Of a stretch of DNA of 42,212 nt, positions 31,157 through 42,212 are shown piece by piece. The position numbers were made by a program, and so were the translations under genes. The stretch spans positions 144,574-186,785 of the forward strand of contig NW_027192225.1 of NCBI RefSeq assembly GCF_041956535.1, in the 5' to 3' direction. The notes under the pieces are model-generated. The model was given only the letters and a program-made list of their open reading frames with translations, did no database searches and was not told where the DNA came from. Origin of the DNA: Calcarisporiella thermophila CBS 279.70. Lineage: Eukaryota > Fungi > Calcarisporiellomycota. The first letter of the stretch is position 1. Each line of letters begins with the position of its first letter.

Positions 31157-31697
31157 AAAGCATTTTATTGTAATTCAGTATCCATTGATACCATACTGAT
31201 CCTCTGTATTATTACATATAATTTATTTAATAGTATTTTATTTACCTCACTTGATCTTTCTTTTCTTTACCAAACGCTATTTAATCCCTTGCTAAATTTC
31301 TATAAATTGCCTATAACTAATGTACTTCAAATAATAATTAGTATTCACAAAGGTTTAATATAGGAGGGCACCAGAATTAGTCCTAGAAAGTATTAAAAAA
31401 AATCTCCGATCTGATTAATGATTAATGAGCATTGAGAAATTAGTTCGATCATTGCCTTCATATCGATGAAAATCGAATTATTATCCTCTCCCCCAGCTAT
31501 ACTAATCATAAAAAAGGGGTAAACAAAAAGAAAAGTGGAGGGGCTGCTAGGTGAGTTGGTTTGATAAATCGAAGGGATTGCTTTTTTTTTTTGAAAAGAA
31601 TCTATTTATTTTTTTTCTTTTTTTTTGTGTAAATACTATTTATTTTACAACCAAGCATTAGCTATAACTATCTTATCGCATCAACAGCCAGTTTATT

Positions 31698-32933
31698 ATG
31701 AACCTATTTTTACTGATATTATATGGTGTGCTTATTTTTATTGCTCCACAAAAAACGGCTGCTAACGTGGTGGGTGATCTTCAAATGGAGATGAATAGCT
31801 CCAGCTCGTTAATCTCTTCACCTTTACACCCACCAAACTATCTTTCCTCCTTACTCCGCTCTATTCCCGACGAACCTGACCATATACCCCTTTCCAAAAC
31901 ACAACTTAAGGCCCTCCAAAAATATGCTAAGCTTGGAGCAAACGTATATTGCGGGCTAATGCGCCCTGGAGCTTATCGATGCGACGCATACTGTTCCGAA
32001 TTCCCCAATATGACCTTGGTGGAGTATTTTGCCCATAAACCGTATGATGTGAATGGGTATATTGCACGAGATGATCAACGCAAGGCCATCGTCATCGCAT
32101 TTAGAGGAGCTTTGTCGCTGCTTAATTGGGTGGCGATATGTTCTTTAAAGATGACGGCCTACCCCCGTCCAAACTTAATAGGAGGGCGCGTTCATGCGGG
32201 TATACTTTCTTATTGGAAATGTAGATAAGCGGTGTAGGAGACTTACTCAATGGTGTGTCTACAGGAGCATACAGGGCATATAAGAGTTCGAGAGACAAGC
32301 TGATACCCAAATTACTAGAGCAGCTGCACAACTACCCGAATTATGAGGTAGAGGTACTTGGACACAGTTTAGGTGCCATGATTGCTACGCTCCACGCCCT
32401 TGATCTGTGGGAAAAAGGGATAGTACCTGAAGATAATCTGTATCTAATCACGTTTGGAGGGCCACGGGTGGGCAACGGCATATTTTCCAACTACTCCAGC
32501 AACGCTGGGTTCTTGTCCAAACGACTTGTGAACAAAGGGGATATCATTGTCCATATGTTTCCGCGGATCATTGGCTATAGGGTTGGATGGCTAGCGATCA
32601 GTGCAATGACTGCGAGAAGAGGCTAATGTGAATATTATGATTTATATAGCATTCCGCTAATGAGATTCACACTAACTCGCGGACGGGGCTGACAATCCAG
32701 TGTAAGAAGGCGGAGGATCCCTTATGTTCCAATGGGGAGAGCAGGAGATATAGCGTCCTTGATGTAAGCATGTTAAACGCGTAGAATTATTATTGATAGC
32801 GTATGCACTGATATTTGCTATGAATTAGCACCAGTACTTTCTGGGGGTTGGATTCTTGATCACTTGCTTAAGTGAAGCCATCGTTCATTATCTTAAGCAA
32901 GTCAAGTATGCTATTATTCCTGGAGCCCATTAA
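31698..32933 (+). CDS. Secreted class-3 (Rhizomucor-type) lipase
   Basis: Hydrophobic signal peptide; GYIARDDQRKAIVIAFRG; VHAG; nucleophile elbow GHSLG; TFGGPRVGN; NKGDIIVH (catalytic Asp); EDPLCSN; DHQYFLG (catalytic His); 3 introns. Confidence 0.92.
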
Positions 32934-34884
32934 TTTGTGTTCCATATCTATATATTCAAACTTGTATTTATACTTGACAAGTGATAGTAGCATTTATTTA
33001 GACACTTGAAACTGTTATCTATTTTTTTATTTTTGGATATTCCATCCTTTAGTTTATCCTCCTTTCTTAAGATACTTAAGCTTTGTTTAAATGAAGATAT
33101 CTTTTCTGCGTATACTATGGGACCAGATCGAAGAAAGATTCTTCTTCACGTTTCCAATTGATCAGACAGATCCGTTGTAATAGATAAAATGGAGTTAAAA
33201 TTGGATTGCAACAAGATACCCGAAAAAAGTTGTAAGTCGAAGGGTTAAAGAGACACTTTGAACCTTGATAGTGGCATGGAAAATTCAAGATTTCTTGGAC
33301 ATTATACTTACATGAGCCTTCTCATTTCGCTCCTCTACAATGTCTAAAGTCAGTTCATGCATTAAGGGTAAAAATGGTTTCCAATATTGTTATATCAATT
33401 GTAGCAATTGAGCTCGCGATGGCAATTATTGAATGAATAAAGCCCAATTTCAATTGCAAATTTGAACCATAAATGTCAACAAATATTGGATCAGCCAAAT
33501 GGAGTAACAGGTTAGGAGTTCAAGAGTGCCATGGATGAATGTGAGAGCATGTATTATGAGACATCATATGTTCATGTTGAGCACTCTGTTACATGGGCGG
33601 CTGGTGTGCATCAATTCGAAAGAATCGATTTGGTCACTAGTTGTGGTATTGCAACGAGCCAAAATAGAGTTTTAGACACAGCACTTTGAACCTTTCGTTC
33701 TACAACGAAAGTATACAGTAGCGCTCTTCCCTTTGGACAAGCCATATCGCTTGTCTCTTACAAGCCACTCTTTGACAATTTGATACGCTCTAATGAATAT
33801 GATATCCGGTGGTGAGTCTGCTTGACTTCTGCCATCCTAGCTCGCTCATTCATGACAATGCAGCAGACCCATCTTACACTTGTTCCCTTCTAGCTATTGC
33901 AATGCTGCTAGAGGGGACATACATGCTTAAAACTAACGCTAACCAATTTAGAGTTTAGGCTGTGAAGTCCACAAGCGTTCGACCGGTTCAACCTCCGGAT
34001 TGACGTAATAGCCAATTTGTGACGTTAGGCTTGATGGCACTTGGATTAATATAGTTAAAGGCACACTTTAAAGGGAATTAAGCTTATTGCTGGCTGGCAT
34101 ACACGAGGGCCAACTTTCCAAGACTCAGCATCCAATTTCATTTATCTAGGCTCCATAGGCAACGCTTCCGTTGGTATTGGATTCAGTGAAGGATGCAGCT
34201 CACATGGCCTGAAACGCGCTGGCTCGTATCTCTCCCCCTGTCTGTCAACTAACAAGGGCTAGCCCACGGCCTAGACCGTCAAGAAATTGCCATTTCGGCG
34301 GCCAGCAAGCTTGCTGCCGTCGTGAAGCCCCATTTGCCGGTCTGGCCTAGAAATGGCCGGATCCGGAAAAAAGAACCCTCAAAGGACCCAAGATCTGGGC
34401 AATATGGAAACACCCAAGGAATTCAGCTGTCTGAAATTCGGGGTGCACATCGATACAAGCCCCGTTCCGTTGCAAAGCAATGGTCAGTCGGGAGGTTTTG
34501 TTTGGAAGGAAAGCTCCTTCTACCCGCGTCTATAAGCAGTTAAAATTTAGTGCGCTGTCTCCCCCTCCCCTTCCCCCCCCGTCGGCCACTCAATTGTGGC
34601 CATTACATATCCGTTGACTGCAGACTATCACGGTTTTGGATTAGGCTAATTCAACAACCGCCGTGATAGGTTTTGTCGCGGTCAGCTGTGTAAAGCACGG
34701 ACTGGATAATTTCCAAGATGCTTTAAGCTGTCGACTGTTTAAAGGTATATAAAGTATATATTATTGCGGCCGCACTGAGGGGCCTCTGCTTCACACCTCT
34801 TCCCTACCCGTTCTCTTCTCCTCCCGAAGCTGCCTTTCCTCCACCGTCTCTGCCCCACTTCAAGCATTCCTAAGATACCATACG

Positions 34885-36823
34885 ATGAGCAACAACCCCA
34901 TTCCAAAGGTAGGCTGTCATGTCATTCATCCCATGTTTAAAATAAGGTGTTTAACAGGGGCCGTTTCTACCCTTGTTTGCTTCCGTGACATTCCTCTACT
35001 TGCATGCACACACAGAGTTTTGACTATATCGTGATTGGCGGAGGTACCGCTGGCTGCGTCATTGCCAGAAGACTAGCAGAGGATCCCTCAGTCTCCGTCT
35101 GTCTGGTCGAGGCGGGCCCATCGGATGAAGGTAAGTGGTATTGAACACTCCTACGGCTTTGCACTTGTGTTGTCTGTCCCGTTCCTTATCACCCCAAATA
35201 ATAAAACGCTTTTCCCCACTGATGGATTAACAGGCAATGACAAAATTCTACAGCTGAGCCGATGGTCTGAATTATTGGATTCAGAATATGATTACCGCTA
35301 CACTATTACCCACCAACCACGAGGCAATAGCAATATCCTTCATTCGCGAGCCAAATGTCTGGGCGGATGCAGCTCTCACAACTCCGCCATTGCCTTCCTG
35401 GCGCCCGACTTGGACTTCACGGAATGGGTGAGTCTTGGATGCAGAGGATGGGAGCCGGAGAATGTTCAAAAGTTTTACGGCAAAGTTAGAGAGAAAATCA
35501 CGATCACGCCTGTTCGCGAGGAGGACAATGCCCTCAACAAAGCCTTTGTTGACGCCGGCAGGAACGCGGGTTTCCCCCAGATAGAGTTTAATACGCCCGA
35601 GTATCAGCGAAATTTCAGCGACTGCGTTGGATATCTGCAGGTCAATGCCAACGGCCCAATCCGCAGCTCGGCCTCGGTCGGGTACTTGCATCCCATTGCA
35701 AGCCTTCCTAAAAACTTGACCGTATTGACAGGCGTGCGCGTGAAGAGAATTCTGCTGGACAATAGCAACAGGGCGGTTGGGATTGAGACCGAGATCGGTG
35801 TGATCCTTTCCAATGAGGAGATGATTCTCTGTGCTGGCGCGTTCGATTCTCCACGTCTGTTGTTGCTCTCGGGCATTGGCCCAAGCTGGCATCTGCGTGA
35901 GGTCGGCGTGCAGTGCAAGGTCCATCTTCCTGGAGTGGGCTCGCACCTAATCGACCATCCTGAGGGTGTGATCATTTGGGAAATCAACAGACCCATTCCT
36001 CCCAAGATCCGCCAAAAGTACGAGGCCGCACTCTTTGCAACCACGCAGGAGGGATCAACATCGCCCGATCTGATGTTCCACTTTGGATTGGAGGCTTTTG
36101 ACATGCAGACCGTCCCTAAAGGGTAAGTCATAGGGGTGGTCCTCATTGCTGGTCACCGAAAAATGCCGTTTTCACGCGAAACAGAGGTTAACTTGATACT
36201 CTTGCTGCGTATCCGTAGATATCCAACAGCATCCAATGCTATTAGCCTTACTCCAAACGTAACCAAGGCAAAGAGCGAAGGCACCGTTAGACTTCGATCT
36301 AGCGATCCTTCCGAGCCTCCTCTTATTGACTTCAAGTATTTCACTGATCCGGACGGCCACGACGAGGCTGTCATGATTGAGGGGATCAAATTGGCAAGGA
36401 AGATCGCCAACACAGAGCCTCTTAAAGATTGGATCCAGCAAGAGGTACTTTATCTTCTCTTTACTTCTCTTCGAAACTCTTAGCTAAGCGTTATTCAATG
36501 TATTCTACTCTCTTTAGCTTGCTCCTGGTCCATCTGTACAAACGGACCGCGAGATTTCCGACTATGTTCGCAAAACCGCCAACACCGTGTACCACCCTGC
36601 AGGCACTTGCAAGATGGGCGATCCCTCCAAGGACAAGCAGGCTGTGGTGGACTCGCAACTTCGTGTCGTCGGAGTGAAAGGTCTTCGCGTAGCGGACGCC
36701 TCAGTATTCCCCACCATGCCTACCATTAATCCTTGTATTACCGTGATGATGATTGGAGAGAAGTGCGCGGAGATGGTGAAGGAGGACCGAGTCAAATCAA
36801 AGGGAACGAAGTCTCGACTCTAA
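34885..36823 (+). CDS. codA: Choline oxidase (GMC oxidoreductase, Arthrobacter CodA-like) with C-terminal PTS1
   Basis: Spliced: [21 protein letters not shown]...[22 protein letters not shown]; [17 protein letters not shown] (flavinylation His); DHPEG (choline-binding Glu); PDLMFHFG; FDMQT; LTPNV; YFTDPDGHD; NTVYHPAGT; [15 protein letters not shown]. All match CodA motifs. Ends KSRL*. Confidence 0.92.
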
Positions 36824-37274
36824 ATAGGATATTTATCAGCCATGGCTACCCACAAATGATTATTATAGACGTTATGATAGACGATAAAGCCTTTTATTTT
36901 TGCAATTTTGGTTCCATCTCGGATCTCCACTTATACTATGTAATAAATATGGCAGGTTTTGCTCTTCTCGAACTTCTCAGCACTGTTTTCCACACAGCAG
37001 ATATCTCCGAGGGCAAAAGGTTAGATCTGCTATCCTCTGTTTAATTTTGGAATATTGGTATTTTACCATGCACTGTGGATTCAAAGAAATAAACTAAATT
37101 AACATTTAAAAGCATCCTTAGAAGAATGGTTCTAATTGTTTAGCCTGCTTGCAACTATGACAAAGTTATTCTTGAAAGTGTATAAATAATTTTTTTATAA
37201 ATTTTTGATTCCACGTCCAATTCACACTGTCCCTATTTACCAAAAATTCATTCCATATAGTTCTTCTCGCTCTT

Positions 37275-39210
<1,936 letters not shown>

Positions 39211-39342
39211 GATTCACAATTTTTAAAGGCAAAAAGTCGAAGGAAGAGTATATAGAATTACAATTGTTAATCTTTCTCGAAAGGAGTTTTGTATCGGTCC
39301 GACTTTAGAAATTAAATTGAAGCTTAGATATAACCCTCACTA

Positions 39343-39368
39343 TGACGTCAGTACAATCTCCGATTGTA
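39343..39368. promoter_or_regulatory. CRE (TGACGTCA) plus adjacent inverted repeat TACAATC-N3-GATTGTA upstream of the dehydrogenase
   Basis: Perfect ATF/CREB palindrome at 39343-39350, about 130 bp upstream of the ATG; 7-bp inverted repeat at 39352-39368. Confidence 0.4.
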
Positions 39369-40020
39369 AACTGTATTGCAGCGATATTGTAGCACATAAA
39401 GGATTTGGGATAGTTCAAATTAGACTATTCAGTAGATTGAGTAGAATGAATACGGCAACTTAGTTTTCCTCATTACTACTATGGCATATCACATAGGCCT
39501 AATCTATTAAAAGCGAACCGTAGTTGACCTCTCTATATTCAATTTTCCTTTCAAGGGCCGAGACGTCAAATCGAAATGGATACCTCATAGAATTCCTAAT
39601 GCTTATTTTCCCGGTTCTTAAAAAGCAATTGGGTACTAGGCAAAGGTGGTTTAATACATATATAGTAAATATTTTATCAATAAATCCAATTGCTTCTCAA
39701 CGTACATACCGAATAGAGACTACTTGTTTGGTCTTAAACTAACGAAAATTAGAGCCTTAATTGCTAGATCTAGTAAACAAACTTAGGGCAAGCATGGTAT
39801 ATTACGTTGGGATTAATAAAGAACACAGTATACCAAACATTCTTACTCTCATTACAAAAATAAAACTGAGCTCTCACAAGGTTTATTTTTGGATGATAGC
39901 TATTATCCCATCTAAGTAAGCACAACAAAATGGGGGTTAAGTAAAATGATTTTCAAAATTTATTATGATAAAGCTACTATATAACTAAAGACACATTAAC
40001 GCATCACTAAGTCAACGATA

Positions 40021-40938
40021 TTAAATAGTGCTATTTGAGCTGCTGACATTGAATGACGAAAAGGTTGGGAATAAAACGTCGGGGACGAACGTAAAATCTT
40101 TTTCAATTTCTGAAAAGATATCATGTCCTGGATCTGGATTCCACTCATATTCATTCATCTTGGCAACCTTACGGGCGACATCTTCGCCATAAATGAGCTT
40201 GACGGTGTAAAATAGCCCATCCAAACCTGCCACTGCTCCGCTGGTTGTGACGAACTTATCATCATGCGTAAATCTTGCTTTCTTTACCCACTTTACCCGG
40301 GGAAATAGATCGGTCATTTTCCAGAGCGATTTAGTTGTAGTGGCAGGTTTTCCATCTAAAAAGCCTGTGGCAGCCAGTGTCATCGAGCCCTCGCATATGG
40401 ATAATACATATTTTCTTACGGTTGGAATCACCCTGCGCAACCAAGCAGTGGTTGAGGCTTCAGGTCCAACGCCTGCCGGAATTACGAGAAGGTCCAAGTC
40501 GATAATTTCGTTAAACGAATGCTTAGGTTTGATGGCAAAGCCATCCATAGTACGAATTGGGTCCATGGTTTCTGCAATGGGAAGAATGTTCACGTCTGGG
40601 ATAAACGAGAGCATAGTCGAAGCCGACATCATATTGAACGCATCCAAATTATTTCCAATTAATACGCCGACGTTCAACGGTTTTTGACGGGGGACTCTCA
40701 TCCATCGAGATAACAACTCATCCTTTAGTGCTTTAGGGGCGGGAGGTAATATGCGCTTAGCAAATTTTGCCTGCTTAGTAGGGCAATATGCTGAATTTTT
40801 TGCATGTTGACGCCGCTCTTCGCGAAGTACATTATCGTGATTCAGTGCCAAAGTGGAGCCTTGAAGTTGGTTTCCATTCACTAAAGTGAGGCCAAGAGCA
40901 CTAAACACTAACAAAATTTTAATCCGAAATTGAACCAT
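40021..40938 (-). CDS. Secreted DJ-1/PfpI (ThiJ/InhA-like) family protein, intronless, 305 aa
   Basis: Signal peptide MVQFRIKILLVFSALGLTLVNG; DLDLLVIPAG; nucleophile elbow SICEG; LAATGFLDGKPATT; ARFTHDDKFVTTSGAVAGLD; VAKMNEY...DPGHDIF (InhA-like tail). Confidence 0.88.
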   Translation of the reverse strand: MVQFRIKILLVFSALGLTLVNGNQLQGSTLALNHDNVLREERRQHAKNSAYCPTKQAKFAKRILPPAPKALKDELLSRWMRVPRQKPLNVGVLIGNNLDAFNMMSASTMLSFIPDVNILPIAETMDPIRTMDGFAIKPKHSFNEIIDLDLLVIPAGVGPEASTTAWLRRVIPTVRKYVLSICEGSMTLAATGFLDGKPATTTKSLWKMTDLFPRVKWVKKARFTHDDKFVTTSGAVAGLDGLFYTVKLIYGEDVARKVAKMNEYEWNPDPGHDIFSEIEKDFTFVPDVLFPTFSSFNVSSSNSTI

Positions 40939-42212
40939 ATGGTCAGCAGATTAGTTTTCTCAGAAAAAAATAGAAGTCAGATGCGTATAAAGATGTGCAG
41001 TTGATCAAAGCAGCTACTCTCCCAACTCTATTATTTATATATCACATAGTGTAGTATTGGAAATAATCTGACAAAAGAACCCTTAGACAAGAAATAACAC
41101 TGACAGAGTAACACGATATCCATTATACTCACGATAGGCCAGTCTTTCAATGTGAGTTATATAAAGAAAATTAAGAGTGAAACATATATACCATCTAATC
41201 CTCGAATTAATTTTAATATTTAATTTTTTGAGCTGCATCTATCCAATAATCACCCGAGAGCGCGGAACCGGATTGGATCCCAGAAAATTTAGATCACGGT
41301 CATAAAATTCTTATTAATCCCTAAAAATTCAATTAAATTTTATTCACTCTCACTCCCGGTAAAATATTTCGCAACCCTCATTTCTCTTGATTTGAGTTAG
41401 TGATATGTCATCGATCAAGCTTGAATCAAATTCTTGCGGACACATGTCATCAAACGGATTGTTTTGTTTTTCATTTGTGTATTATAAAATACACTCGCAG
41501 AGCACAAATTCAGTAGCTTGAATCACCTTATGTATAAATATGGATAAATATACCCGACTTAACTATTATTAAAATTGCATCGTCCGGAGTAGGTATCAAT
41601 TAAGGAAAATCTAAGCGCTTGCAAATCGAAATATATTTGACTTCTAATGAGATCACGATGGAGGTCATTTATAGAAATAATGCAGCGATATAAACCATAT
41701 CCACATCATATGAAAATAGAGTCGGTGCAAGTAAAAGAAGAAAGTCCGTGGTGATTTAAAATGTTAATTCTTTTCTTTATAATTTTATAGATTTGGATCA
41801 TATTTCACACAAGCATCAGTGAGAGGAGATATCATAACAAATATTTTTATCAAGATGGACTCAGTATTCGTCTACCACGCTTCAAAAATAAAATTCGCTC
41901 AATATGTTTCACTAAACCGCTCCGCTTGCGTTTACAAATATTAACTTGTGGGTGAGCTGATATCTATTCTGTATAATGTAGGCATGCAACTGAAATGCAG
42001 GTGTCCTTATTTTTGCCGCTCGAATCTCGAGTGGCAATTATAATTTATGAAGTTATATACTATGCACAAAAAAGTGGATACTATAGCATATATCAATAAT
42101 ATTTAAAACTATTCTACGTAGAAAGTCTGGTGATAAAATTGATGAAAAAAGACTTCAAATTAGATTTCCCTACAAAAAATTCCAATAGAGAAAATGATTA
42201 GAAAACTTATAG

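Noticed and set aside
33251-34720. GAACCTTGAT and CTGGATAAT fragments resembling a TPP riboswitch
   Set aside because: The fragments are about 1.4 kb apart, there is no CTGAGA core in register, and no thiamine gene is adjacent.

Overview
Eukaryotic, intron-rich, AT-rich DNA with short GT-AG introns (mostly about 55-110 nt). The gene content and gene structure fit a fungus, probably an early-diverging lineage (inference). The ORF track fragments most genes, so I spliced the models by hand. From left to right: two tandem intronless UDP-glycosyltransferases (the first cut by a 918-N gap), a MATA/SOX-type HMG-box gene, MED14 (about 22 exons), AFG2/SPATA5, SET9, RRP45, PRP43, GRC3/NOL9, an OPT/YSL transporter, a secreted class-3 lipase, a convergent choline oxidase + betaine aldehyde dehydrogenase pair, and an intronless secreted DJ-1/PfpI protein. 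The best leads are: (1) the glycine-betaine two-gene module, with a peroxisome-targeted (-SRL) actinobacterial-type choline oxidase and a BetB/ALDH9-type dehydrogenase; (2) a hairpin-dense non-coding block upstream of it; (3) the secreted DJ-1/PfpI protein with an apparently rewired active site; (4) the plant-like UGT array; (5) the lone HMG gene; (6) a compact cluster of ribosome-biogenesis genes. No database searches were run; family calls rest on recognised motifs.
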